A stretch of DNA of 64,000 nt, from positions 2,336,001 to 2,400,000 of the forward strand of contig CAVQMM010000001.1 of the NCBI GenBank assembly GCA_963713615.1, in the 5' to 3' direction. The stretch's first letter is position 1. The number at the start of each line of letters is the position of its first letter. The stretch comes from an uncultured Chlamydiae bacterium (GTDB taxonomy: Bacteria > Chlamydiota > Chlamydiia > Chlamydiales > JAJFMA01). The notes below the pieces were generated by a model. The model did not search any database. It was not told the origin of the DNA and saw only the letters and a program-made list of their open reading frames with translations. Both the position numbers and the translations under genes were made by a program. Positions 51,913 to 62,209 of this stretch are shown here, piece by piece.

Positions 51913-53790
51913 CGGAAGTTCACCCCTGTTTTTGAAAAAAACACCTACCTAAAGTGTTGATTTTTCGACTTTTAGAGGCCTTTTCTTGTCCTGTGTTTAG
52001 TGACTACATTACTTGTGGCCACCTGGATTTGCTTTGGCATGGTAATTTGTAGAGCGCTCAAAATGTTAGTGGCCTCCTTGGAGGGGGCAGGGATCATTTC
52101 AATGGTCACCGCATCTGAGCACTTTATTGAATTTTGACATATAAGGCCTAACACTCGCAGGGCCTCTTCTGCAGTCATATTTACTTCAGCTAACCTTGAA
52201 CGCAGCTCTCTTACAATCATATGAGCCAGCATAGTGATAAATATGTGCCCCTTGGTGCTCTCTACTGTTCTTACATAAATCGGCCTGATTTCCAAAAAAT
52301 TGCTCTTGAAGGTTCTGAAATCATCCTCAACGTATTTTAGGTCTTTGTATCGTTCGAAAATTTCTAGGTCAGAAGCTTCTTCCTTACCTAATTCCGTTGT
52401 CCATACGTAACAACCGTCAAACTTAGATTTTTCTTTTAGCCGCTCCTGGTCGATCTCTAAACGTAATTGCCTTTTTTCGACGGAAACACTGACCCACTCT
52501 GCAATGCATAGTTTTTTTAGATATTGTCGTATTCGATTCTTTGCCAACACCGCTGACATTGTAGGCTTAGACTCAAGTTTTTTGTTTTCTTGATCCACGC
52601 GCCTTTGAGCGGTAGATAGGCGTTCTTCTCTTTGTGATTGGGTTTCTAAAGCACGTCCAGGATTGCGCCGATAGATGTATCTCTTGCCTTCAAGACAAAT
52701 CGATTGAAGATCTTTCGTGAATGTATCCAGACAAAGAATCTCTGCGCCTATTAGCGATTTCATCTCAGGAAGAGTCAAGGCTGTGACATATCCAAACCCG
52801 TATTCCTTTAGCAATAGCTTCTGCTTGTTCCGAATCATTCCTCTATCACCAACTAGGACAACGTTCTTGCAGCCAAATCTGGCTTTAATTTTGTCTAACT
52901 GATTTTGAAAAGTCAGAGTGTCCTGGGTATTGCCTGCAAAGGCCTCGACGGAGACTGGCATTCCATTATTGATGCTTAACAGCCCTATAACGACCTGCTT
53001 CTTTCTTTTCTTCTTGTCGCGGTTGTGTCCATAGGCAGCCAAGGCATTTTGCGTGCCCTCAAAGTATGAGCTTGTTACATCGTACCAGTAAAATTGCCCA
53101 GAATAACGCCTAAGCCTGAAAAGCGAATTCTCAATGGAACTTTGATTTTTGGCTACCCAATGCAGGCTTTGATAAAAGTCATTTTCATCAAAACCTCGGT
53201 TGAGGTTGATTATGGAGGCAATATCATAGATTAGGACCAGTCTTGCCGCCGACAGGCGAGAGCCTTGCTCAAGAATCCTTGCGAAGACAAGCCAAAGGAT
53301 AAGTTTAGCGTGGAAACTATCACCTAGGGCTTTTGTGATCCCAAGACTGTCTGCCAATTGCTTTAGAACGAACACTCCTCCAACTGATCTGCCCTGAACA
53401 ATGCTAAAACTGTCCTTGGACAAGATTGTAGGATTGTCCTTATGTTTCAGACCTAGCCTAATAGCCTCAATATCACTCTTAGAACACCCTGAAAGATTAG
53501 CCAGTGTGCGGTTTTTAACCTTTGTGCCCTCTCTATATGATTCACGAAGCAAAATAGACTCGTAAACCTTTCCAGACTTAGACTTGGACGTTGATTTTGC
53601 AATGTACATACAGTTTCCATCATATAACTGGACTACATTATACGCATAATAAATATATCTACAATATATTTTAGATGATATTTGAATAATTATTTTAGTG
53701 ACTACATTTTTTCGGAAAAATAGTGATGCAAAGCATTTATATTCATCACAATACGATCAAAGTAGTGGGGAAATTAGGGGTGAACTTCCG
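51913..53790 (-). mobile_element. IS1634-family element, copy 3 (1878 bp)
   Basis: Perfect 15-bp terminal inverted repeat; flanked by the two outer arm stubs of element A. Confidence 0.95.
51972..53609 (-). CDS. IS1634-family DDE transposase
   Basis: Same protein as 28767-30404 except K/R near the C-terminus. Confidence 0.93.
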   Translation of the reverse strand: MYIAKSTSKSKSGKVYESILLRESYREGTKVKNRTLANLSGCSKSDIEAIRLGLKHKDNPTILSKDSFSIVQGRSVGGVFVLKQLADSLGITKALGDSFHAKLILWLVFARILEQGSRLSAARLVLIYDIASIINLNRGFDENDFYQSLHWVAKNQSSIENSLFRLRRYSGQFYWYDVTSSYFEGTQNALAAYGHNRDKKKRKKQVVIGLLSINNGMPVSVEAFAGNTQDTLTFQNQLDKIKARFGCKNVVLVGDRGMIRNKQKLLLKEYGFGYVTALTLPEMKSLIGAEILCLDTFTKDLQSICLEGKRYIYRRNPGRALETQSQREERLSTAQRRVDQENKKLESKPTMSAVLAKNRIRQYLKKLCIAEWVSVSVEKRQLRLEIDQERLKEKSKFDGCYVWTTELGKEEASDLEIFERYKDLKYVEDDFRTFKSNFLEIRPIYVRTVESTKGHIFITMLAHMIVRELRSRLAEVNMTAEEALRVLGLICQNSIKCSDAVTIEMIPAPSKEATNILSALQITMPKQIQVATSNVVTKHRTRKGL

Positions 53791-53903
53791 CTCCAAAGCG
53801 CTGCGCGCCGAGTGATGATGATTGTGAGGTCCCATTGCATTCTCAATGGCTGGTTGACCCTGAGAAGACGTTACCGAAGATCTAATTTGGTCTAAAACGC
53901 CTT

Positions 53904-55030
53904 TCAATGAGCTGTCGTGCTTGCCACAACGCCTTCAAGCTTGGTAGCAAGGGGTTTTATCAAGGTAACATTTTTTATTGCGGCATATCCAGCCCGCATC
54001 CCCTTCCACATCAGGTTCTCAGCAGCAGCTAAAAAGGTATCATGAGGCATAGAGATTGGGTCCATCAGCGTAGCCCGAGGGTCGGGAGTCAACCAACGTC
54101 CTAGATTACGGTCGTAGTCGCGTCGACCAAACTGAAACAGGTCCGTATGCGGATCTACACGCTTACTTGCAAAGAGCCAGGGATTGCCTACCAAGGATTG
54201 GTCTAAGGAAATGCCTTGATGGTCATAAAGACTGAATTCACCAACGGACTTGCCAGGCGTTTGGCTGCTCAGCAACAACCAGGCGATTTAAGCCATCATA
54301 GACACACTGGGTTGAGGCTTGCGGCGCATCCTTTCGGATGCGATTACCATTCAAATCATATGCATAGCTCGTGATTGAATCCGATGTAATCTGGTTTAAG
54401 CCATTCACTGCATAGGGTTGCATGTCCTTTTGAAGGCGATTTTGCAGCGAATCATAAGCATACGTATGCGTCAAAGGTCCATCTTCACCGATTAGCTGAT
54501 AGAGGTCATCGTAGTGATAATTCTCAGTAATCGCCCCAAAAATGTCTTTCTTGTGAATACAACGCAGATTTCCTACGCCGTCGTACCCATCTGGAGGAAT
54601 TTGTTGAGACCAAGCTTTGGTGATGATTTGAGTGTTACGTCCAAGAGCATCCCACACGCGTTGCTGCTGACCTGCCAACCCGATCAGCTGCGCAGCAAGT
54701 TCACGTCCAGCCAAATCGTAATTCAAATAATGATGCTGATATTGAGAGTTCCCCTGAGTATCGTGTCGATCAATGGTACGGATTTCAAGGCCATTCTAGG
54801 CATATTCAATGCCCGAATGGTGAGGAAGCGTCACACTTATCACACGCCCTAACGAATCGTAGGCATAGTGAAAGATCATGCCATTCGCCAATTGATCACT
54901 CACCATACGGTTCCAGGGATCGTACTGACGCCTGGTGGTGAGTTGGGTTGTTAGATCCGTCGTTTCAATCGGGTTGCCATGCAGGTCATAAACATAGCGA
55001 TACGCAAGGGTATTGTCTGAGGAGGTTAGG
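53904..55030 (-). pseudogene. Decayed Rhs core and partial toxin linker
   Basis: Matches the Rhs A core with internal deletions; AAAENLMWKGMRAGY segment shared with the 30869 cassette. Confidence 0.82.
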
Positions 55031-55172
55031 GTCCCTTGACTCCCGGTGCAGTCGCTGGATCAATGCGTAGTCGCTCTAAAAATTTCGCCAAAACCAAACC
55101 GTAGGTTCGCTGCTACCTGGGTGAACATTTACATCGAATAGCCCTTTTGATGTCTCTTAGACTTTTGAGAAG

Positions 55173-55553
55173 TTACTCTGAACCCTTATCTTCGATCATA
55201 AAATCAAAAGCATATATTTTAATAACGCTACCGGTGGAATTGGTAATTATTTGGTAGCATTTGATTCCATCAAGATCAATGGTCATTTTTAACCATTTAG
55301 CCTTAAGAGCGTCAAGTTCATCAGATGCAGTAATGCACTCAGCTGCTAAAATGCACTCACACGTATGGATACCGAAGTTCATATGCGCGGTTAACCCATA
55401 ACATTTACCAAATTCGATGAATGAAGAAGGTCCATCGTCAGGCCAATCAATCACAAATCTAACCGTGTCGTTGTCACCTGGCCTTGATCTATCTATAGAC
55501 AGAGATTTCAGTATGGCATCATGCCAAGGTAAACTATTGAAATCATATTTCAT
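55173..55553 (-). CDS. Putative immunity protein (126 aa)
   Basis: ATGA overlap with a hidden toxin-tip frame; F.SL.WHDA N-terminus; AT-rich. Confidence 0.75.
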   Translation of the reverse strand: MKYDFNSLPWHDAILKSLSIDRSRPGDNDTVRFVIDWPDDGPSSFIEFGKCYGLTAHMNFGIHTCECILAAECITASDELDALKAKWLKMTIDLDGIKCYQIITNSTGSVIKIYAFDFMIEDKGSE

Positions 55554-55806
55554 TCGACAAATCCTGGATCTAATTCGCCCATACGAGGACTGTAGTGTAC
55601 CCGTTTTCCATTTAGATGATAATGAGAATAATTTGGTCCTTTCAGCCCTGGAGCCGTCGCCGGATCGATTCTTAACTTTTCAATAAATATTCCGTCTACT
55701 TTTACGCCATAGCACCCCGCTCTAAACTGGTTTTCAATATAGTTTTTAGGGATATCATACTTTCCCCAGGAGGCAATGCAACGCCCTGAGGAGTCACATG
55801 AACTAC
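55550..55806 (-). pseudogene. Toxin tip absent from the ORF track
   Basis: Manual translation: VVHVTPQGVALPPG, frameshift, then KYDIPKNYIENQFRAGCYG..LRIDPATAPGLKGPNYSHYHLNGKRVHYSP..GFVE*. Confidence 0.7.
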
Positions 55807-56343
55807 CTAATGGTGATGATAGACAGTTCTGTTCCCGCTTGGTTCAGCAGAGCTGGTGCTGCTGCTGCCACTTCGATCAGAATCTTCTCTGCTTGCGGAC
55901 CTACAACCGACACTAGCTCTTGCATGCACTCCAGCCCTATCGCGGTCGTATAAGTTAGCCTTCAGCCCCCAAAGGTCCAAAAACATCAGAGGGCTGTTGT
56001 GGACATAGGCATAGAGATTAGGCCCATCAGCGTAGCCTTGAGGGTCGGGAGTCAACCAACGCCCTAGATTACGGTCGTAGTCGCGTCGACCAAACTGAAA
56101 TAGGTCCGTATGCGAATCTAAACGCTTACTTGCAAAGAGCCAGGGATTGCCAACCAAGGATTGGTCTAAAGAAGCGCCTTGATGGTCATAAAGACTGAAT
56201 TCATCAAAGGCAGTATAGCGATACCCTTCTACAACGTTGCCGGTTGTACTGTCTATCAAACAGCAAACGTTGCCGCGATGGTCGTGGATGGGTGCATAGA
56301 CACGCCCACCGAGTTCTAAAGCGATAGCAGCTTTTAATTCCAT
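55807..56343 (-). pseudogene. Orphan Rhs core end
   Basis: Nearly identical to 57195-57715 up to TVYHHH, then a stop codon. Confidence 0.82.
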
Positions 56344-56591
56344 TCCTTCTGGAGCCTGAGCTCTACAAACAATTTCGGAATTTCTAACGCTTCTCCATTA
56401 CTGAACTCAACTAAATATAGTATGGATTGCATTGGTTGATCAAAAGCTTCGGATACTTGTGCAGATTCAATATTGCGAATACCACAAATACAGCCAATCT
56501 GACCGGGTTTGTAACGCTTAGGAGCATTGTGTCTAACCAGTATCGTATCTCCCCAACTAAGAATAGGATCTAGTGATTTATCGAAAGCCAT
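56334..56591 (-). CDS. Putative immunity protein for Rhs A (85 aa)
   Basis: Overlaps the Rhs A stop by 22 bp; AT-rich. Confidence 0.72.
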   Translation of the reverse strand: MAFDKSLDPILSWGDTILVRHNAPKRYKPGQIGCICGIRNIESAQVSEAFDQPMQSILYLVEFSNGEALEIPKLFVELRLQKEWN

Positions 56592-59500
56592 GGTGTGCCA
56601 TCTGGGTTAATGATTCCTGGAACGTGAGCATGTGGTTGCAGCGAACGCCGGTCAATATGACCCGGAGGACTATGACGACCATCTTTCCGCAAACCTGTTG
56701 GATTGCCTATATGGTCCCTGACTTGTACCCATTTACCATCCGGCGAGCCCGTTAAGTGTTCTCCCACTCTTACCGGTATAGTATTTCCGTTAGAATCCAC
56801 AATCATTACATCTATGGTGACGTTGCCGTTAAAGGGATTGGTGTTAGTTTGTGTTCCATTCCTGATAGGAATACCCGCCACGGATTCTGTTCTTTCGGCA
56901 ACTTGCCCACATTCTATCGAATTGCGGAAAACAGTTCTAGGAGAGTCAACCTTTGGAGTTTGTTGGATAGTTCTAAGGGCGATCCCCGTGGTTACTCGAA
57001 CCGGTGCAGCTACAAGGCGAAGAGCCGGAAAAGCCAACGCCGCCGAACACATTATGTTTGAGCTTTCATTCAGGCATTCTAGACAAAATGTCATCCTCTC
57101 ATACTCATCCCACTGACTCCAACTACTTTTAAAGCCCCGATAGCTCCACACAGCATCGCTGACCCAACTCGTTCCATAGTCTGGCGAGTTGGAATGGTGA
57201 TGATAGACAGTTCTGTTCCCGCTTGGTCCAGCAGAGCTGGTGCTGCTGCTGCCGCTTCGATCAGAATCTTCTCTGCTTGCGGACCTACAACCGACACTAG
57301 CTCTTGCATGCACTCCAGCCCTATTGCGGTCGTATAAGTTAGCCTTAAGCCCCCAGAGGTCCAAAAACATCAGGGGGCTGTTGTGGACATAGGCATAGAG
57401 ATTAGGCCCATCAGCGTAGCCTTGAGGGTCGGGAGTCAACCAACGCCCTAGATTACGGTCGTAGTCGCGTCGACCAAACTGAAATAGGTCCGTATGCGCA
57501 TCTAAACGCTTACTTGCAAAGAGCCAGGGATTGCCTACCAAGGATTGGTCTAAAGAAATGCCTTGATGGTCATAAAGAATGAATTCACCAAAGGCAGTAT
57601 AGCGATACCCTTCTACAACGTTGCCGGTTGTGCTGTCTATCAAGCAGCACACGTTGCCGCGATGATCGTGAATGGGTGCATAGATTTGCCCACGGAGTTC
57701 TAAAGCGATAGCGGCGCCTAGTTCCGCTCCTTGTCCGTGACCCAATACACGCAATTGATCGATATGCCCCTCACGAAGCATGCCAATCTCTTTTTGCCCT
57801 TGATACAAGTAAGAGACCGTTTCAGATTCGTTCCACTCACCATTCCAGGTACAAAGGGTTCGCGTCAGGCGTCTGCCAAACGCATCATAGCTGTAACGAA
57901 CTTGCCAAGCGTTTGGCTGCTCAGCAACAACCAGGCGATTTAAGGCATCATAGACATACTGGGTTGAGGCTTGCGGCGCATCCTTTCGGATGCGATTACC
58001 ATTTAAGTCATATGCATAGCTGGTCATTGAATCCGATGTAATCTGGTTTAAGCCATTCACTGCATAGGGTTGCATGTCCTTTTGAAGGCGATTTTGCAGC
58101 GAATCATAAGCATACGTATGCGTCAAAGGTCCATCTTCACCGATTAGCTGATAGAGGTCATCGTAGTGATAATTCTCAGTAATCGCTCCAAAAATGTCTT
58201 TCTTGTGAATACAACGCAGATTTCCCACGCCGTCGTATCCATCTGGAGGAATTTGTTGAGACCAAGCCTTGGTGATGATTTGAGTGTTACGTCCAAGAGC
58301 ATCCCACACGCGTTGCTGCTGACCTGCCGACCCGATCAGCTGCGCAGCAAGTTCACGTCCAGCCAAATCGTAATTCAAATAATGATGCTGATATTGAGAG
58401 TTCCCCTGAGTATCGTGTCGATCAATGGTACGGATTTCAAGGCCATTGTAGGTATATTCAATGCTCGAATGGTCAGGCAGAGACATGTTTGTTAGACGGC
58501 CTAATGAATCATAGGCATAGTGACAGATCATGCCATTCGCCAATTGATCGCTCACCATACGGTTCCAGGGATCGTACTGACGCCTGGTGGTGAGTTGGGT
58601 TGTTAGATCCGTCGTTTCAATCGGGTTGCCATGCAGGTCATAAACATAGCGATACGCAAGAGTATTGTCTGAGGAGGTGAGGGTCGCAAGTCGTCCTAGG
58701 GCATCGTAGGTGTGGTGCAAGGTAACCCCATCGGGCTTGGTGAGCTCTGAAAGGCGTCCATAGACATCGTAGGCATAGCTCGTGGCTTTGAAGAGCGCAT
58801 CGCCCTGCTCAAGCATTGTTAGGGGACGCTGCATGCTGTCGTATTCCCAGCTCACGATGTAGTCTCGGGAGGGCGTACCAAAGGTAATCACTTTCTCGCG
58901 CTGGCGGATTTTCTGCCCAACAGAATCATAACAGACTTCTTGTAAGGCTGTGGTAAGGCCTTTGACATTGCGTCTTTCGACACAGGCGACACGATGCAGA
59001 GCATCATAGGTCTCCACAGTCATGTTACCCAAAGGATCCGTGGTGGTTTTTTGCAGAACTTTCTGATTGTGTGCATTGCGATATTCATAATTATAGGCAA
59101 TCTGGGTGATGTTGCCTAAGGCATCAATCTGCTGGATGGGCATGCCATGCGAGTCATAGAGTGTTTGTGTGGTACTGCAAACATTCTCCGAAGAATAAAC
59201 GTGTGTTTGTGTTCGGTTGCCAAGTCGATCAAAGAGGTGGGTTTCTTTACGAAGGATTTTTCCTGAGGAGTCTTCAATGCGTGTCTCAATGACCCTATCG
59301 AGAAAATCGTATTCCTGGATTTGCGCGATGTAGTCAGGCTCGGCACTTCCAAAATACTGCCGAGTAGTCCTCAATCTTCCCAGAGAATCATAGGCGAAGG
59401 TGGATAGGCTAAATGCTCCCGTGCCCTCCTTGCGTTCATTTATTTTGCGTCCAGCGAAGTCGTACTCAAAGGTGGTGGAATAACCCAGAGCGTCAGTTTC

Positions 59501-62089
59501 CCTCGTGGGATGGGCTCCCGTATATTCCTTTTCAAGCGAGTATTGCAGAATACCCAGGCTGTCATAGGTATCGGTGCGAATCAGGCGACTAAACCCATCG
59601 TAGGTATAGTGATGACACAGTCCCTCTTTCTCCCATTTTTTTGCTAGGACTCCGTTGAGGTGATACTGACAGCGTTCTTGGGTTCCATCGGGATAGGTGA
59701 TGCAAACGGGCTGCCCCCGTACATTGTAGGAGGTGGTTGTTTTGTGCCCCTTTTGATCAATGACTGCTGTGAGCTGGTCAAGGACATTGTACTCCTTTCG
59801 AACCCAAGAGGGCTGGTATCCCTGTCCTAGTGTTGCACAGGGAGGATACTGGACCTCGATTTCTCTTCCAAACTCATCATATTTGAAGTGGGTTGTTGTC
59901 CCAGTGCCATCGGCATGTTCTGAACCGATGGAATTGTAGGACTCCACCTGAGCTATCCTGTTGCCCACAAGGTCATAGCAATATTCTGTGATAAAGCAGG
60001 GGCCATCATCATGTTTCTCGACCCGCTTAATGAGACGATCCATCAAATCGTATGAGAAGAGCGTATGGAATCCAGAACCCTCTAGCTTTTCACGGATTTT
60101 GTTCTTGTTTTCGTCATAGGCCATGGTGGTGGTTTGACCCAGAGCATCGGTCTGACGGATGAGATTGCGTTTGTTGTCATAGTCGAACGCTAGTGTGTAG
60201 CAAAACTGGTCGTTGGCATCGTAGAGGTCTTGGCGAATCAAGAGCTCGCTAGCGTTGTAAATGTTTTCAATGCGTCTCAGTTGTTTTTGTTCACCCGTGG
60301 TCAAGTCGAGGTAGCTTTCGATGGTTGTTTGCGGAAAACCCACGGCTGGAGCAGTAAGACGGGGCACGATCGTAGTGATTTTACGACAGGTAACATCAGT
60401 GAGATCCTCTTGGTGCGTGCCTGAGCCATCATCGGTGATCATTTCAATGAGCAGGTGATTGGAGTCATAAGAGCGAAATTCTCTCTGGTACCATTTTTGA
60501 TGGTCTCCAAGGAGTTTGGAGGTCAGCAGGTTTGTTTCGGGTAGGTAGGCCATGGCGATGACCTTGCCATCGCTGCATTCTTCACGCACAGGAAGATTGA
60601 AGCGATCATTGGAGTAGGACATTATTCGACTGAAGCATTCGACGGGTCGATCAGGACGATGGTCCGCCCTAAGTTCAAAGCTGGCATCGTTATTGCCAGA
60701 GAGATTGCCGTAAAAGTCTTCGCTGATGAGGTTGTTGCGATCATCGTATGCTCCTACAGTGATATATAGACAGGGATTTCTAGGAACAGGGATGAATAGG
60801 CCTTTGGCGAGTAGATTTCCTAAATTTACCCCCTCCTTGCACCAGTAATAACGCATGGTGGAGTAGTACTGATTGTGCCTCGTGAATTTATCGATCGCCA
60901 CGATCCGTTTTTCGGGTGATCTAGCGTAGGCGGTACGAATGCCATGGGCATCGTAGACGTCTGTATACGTATCCTTGTACTCAAACCTTGCTAGGGTGAT
61001 CCGTTTTTTCCTCTTAGGACCCTGGGGATAAGGAATCTGTAGATCGGACACCTTGCCATCTCCGTGGTAATTGATGTAAAGGTGATGATTCTCTGGCTTT
61101 TCGAGTTTTCGTAATTTGCAATAATACTCTGCTTCCGAATCGCTCGTCTTGTACTGATAGGTTAACGTCACTGGCGGTCCATTAGAGGGGATGATTTGCC
61201 GAATGAATGGGCAAGGTCCTCTTTCCCCCTTCTTCTTGTTCTTGCAGTAGATCGCTTCGATGACATAAGAAGTGGATAGGCCATTACTCGCTGTTACTTT
61301 AAAGCCATTGTCAACTTTGTCAACTTTGAGGGTATTGAAGGTTAGGTCGCCGTTCGCGTTGGTGCTTCGTATCTCAGTCAGGAGATTTCCAGAATCGTAC
61401 TCGAAATACCGCTGATGACCATTGGGCTGCGATTCATGCTTCAAGTACCACGAGCTATGGTAGTGGGTATCGTGTGATAGCCAAGAGTAGGTTCGGTGGG
61501 CTCCTGAGCCAAATGACATCTCACATTGACCGAGATTGCAGCATTTAGACGTGTTGAGGCGTGGGCTGAGTCCTGTGAAATGTAGCTTGATGTTCTTAAC
61601 GGTATCAGCGCCACAAATACCCCCGCCGGCATAATTGGTTTGACCATGTTTGGTGTAAATGGCTTCATCGACAGTCGCTAAAACCGCATCGCCGCCCAAT
61701 GACACGCCAAGGTACTTTGTAGCGGACCCTTCTCGCTCTTCTAAGAACACTTCATAAGGTCTATCTTTGATTCCTGAAGCGGATAGTCCACTCAGTTTGA
61801 GTGGAAAATCCATGCCGAAGCCATATCCATGAGGACTATGTGTGATATACTTACTCCTAGAAGAGCTGTCATAGCAATGTGAATAAAGCAGTGCGTTAGG
61901 ACCTTCTGTAGCTACCGTTGTATCGGAGAGAAAAAACTCACCTGTAATGACGTTTACACAGTCGTATACCGTGGCTAGGGGCAGCGCATCAGGGCCTAAG
62001 CGCATCTCCAAAGGTGGTTTTTCCTGAGAATATGTCGTTACAGAGCATGCCAAAAGGGCAATAAGTAGTAGACGAAGGATACGAAACAT
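56570..62089 (-). CDS. Full-length Rhs/YD-repeat polymorphic toxin A with signal peptide
   Basis: RBS GGAGG; MFRILRLLLIALLAC leader; many YD repeats; GRWLTPDP.G..DGPNLYAYVHNSP...DLWG; variable tip. Confidence 0.93.
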   Translation of the reverse strand: MFRILRLLLIALLACSVTTYSQEKPPLEMRLGPDALPLATVYDCVNVITGEFFLSDTTVATEGPNALLYSHCYDSSSRSKYITHSPHGYGFGMDFPLKLSGLSASGIKDRPYEVFLEEREGSATKYLGVSLGGDAVLATVDEAIYTKHGQTNYAGGGICGADTVKNIKLHFTGLSPRLNTSKCCNLGQCEMSFGSGAHRTYSWLSHDTHYHSSWYLKHESQPNGHQRYFEYDSGNLLTEIRSTNANGDLTFNTLKVDKVDNGFKVTASNGLSTSYVIEAIYCKNKKKGERGPCPFIRQIIPSNGPPVTLTYQYKTSDSEAEYYCKLRKLEKPENHHLYINYHGDGKVSDLQIPYPQGPKRKKRITLARFEYKDTYTDVYDAHGIRTAYARSPEKRIVAIDKFTRHNQYYSTMRYYWCKEGVNLGNLLAKGLFIPVPRNPCLYITVGAYDDRNNLISEDFYGNLSGNNDASFELRADHRPDRPVECFSRIMSYSNDRFNLPVREECSDGKVIAMAYLPETNLLTSKLLGDHQKWYQREFRSYDSNHLLIEMITDDGSGTHQEDLTDVTCRKITTIVPRLTAPAVGFPQTTIESYLDLTTGEQKQLRRIENIYNASELLIRQDLYDANDQFCYTLAFDYDNKRNLIRQTDALGQTTTMAYDENKNKIREKLEGSGFHTLFSYDLMDRLIKRVEKHDDGPCFITEYCYDLVGNRIAQVESYNSIGSEHADGTGTTTHFKYDEFGREIEVQYPPCATLGQGYQPSWVRKEYNVLDQLTAVIDQKGHKTTTSYNVRGQPVCITYPDGTQERCQYHLNGVLAKKWEKEGLCHHYTYDGFSRLIRTDTYDSLGILQYSLEKEYTGAHPTRETDALGYSTTFEYDFAGRKINERKEGTGAFSLSTFAYDSLGRLRTTRQYFGSAEPDYIAQIQEYDFLDRVIETRIEDSSGKILRKETHLFDRLGNRTQTHVYSSENVCSTTQTLYDSHGMPIQQIDALGNITQIAYNYEYRNAHNQKVLQKTTTDPLGNMTVETYDALHRVACVERRNVKGLTTALQEVCYDSVGQKIRQREKVITFGTPSRDYIVSWEYDSMQRPLTMLEQGDALFKATSYAYDVYGRLSELTKPDGVTLHHTYDALGRLATLTSSDNTLAYRYVYDLHGNPIETTDLTTQLTTRRQYDPWNRMVSDQLANGMICHYAYDSLGRLTNMSLPDHSSIEYTYNGLEIRTIDRHDTQGNSQYQHHYLNYDLAGRELAAQLIGSAGQQQRVWDALGRNTQIITKAWSQQIPPDGYDGVGNLRCIHKKDIFGAITENYHYDDLYQLIGEDGPLTHTYAYDSLQNRLQKDMQPYAVNGLNQITSDSMTSYAYDLNGNRIRKDAPQASTQYVYDALNRLVVAEQPNAWQVRYSYDAFGRRLTRTLCTWNGEWNESETVSYLYQGQKEIGMLREGHIDQLRVLGHGQGAELGAAIALELRGQIYAPIHDHRGNVCCLIDSTTGNVVEGYRYTAFGEFILYDHQGISLDQSLVGNPWLFASKRLDAHTDLFQFGRRDYDRNLGRWLTPDPQGYADGPNLYAYVHNSPLMFLDLWGLKANLYDRNRAGVHARASVGCRSASREDSDRSGSSSTSSAGPSGNRTVYHHHSNSPDYGTSWVSDAVWSYRGFKSSWSQWDEYERMTFCLECLNESSNIMCSAALAFPALRLVAAPVRVTTGIALRTIQQTPKVDSPRTVFRNSIECGQVAERTESVAGIPIRNGTQTNTNPFNGNVTIDVMIVDSNGNTIPVRVGEHLTGSPDGKWVQVRDHIGNPTGLRKDGRHSPPGHIDRRSLQPHAHVPGIINPDGTPWLSINH

Positions 62090-62119
62090 GGCCTTACCTC
62101 CAAAATTTTTACTTTGGAG

Positions 62120-62148
62120 AAGCTAATTTATTTGTTGATTGATGACAA
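62120..62148 (-). promoter_or_regulatory. Candidate promoter of Rhs A (same sequence at 49446-49474)
   Basis: TTGTCA-N17-TAGCTT on the minus strand. Confidence 0.35.
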
Positions 62149-62163
62149 GGGATTTTTTGTGGA

Positions 62164-62209
62164 TGTCAAGGCTAAGTAGAAATAGAGACATTTCTACTTA
62201 GCCTTGACA
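62164..62209. repeat. Perfect 20-bp-arm hairpin upstream of Rhs A
   Basis: Same sequence as 49490-49535. Confidence 0.8.
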
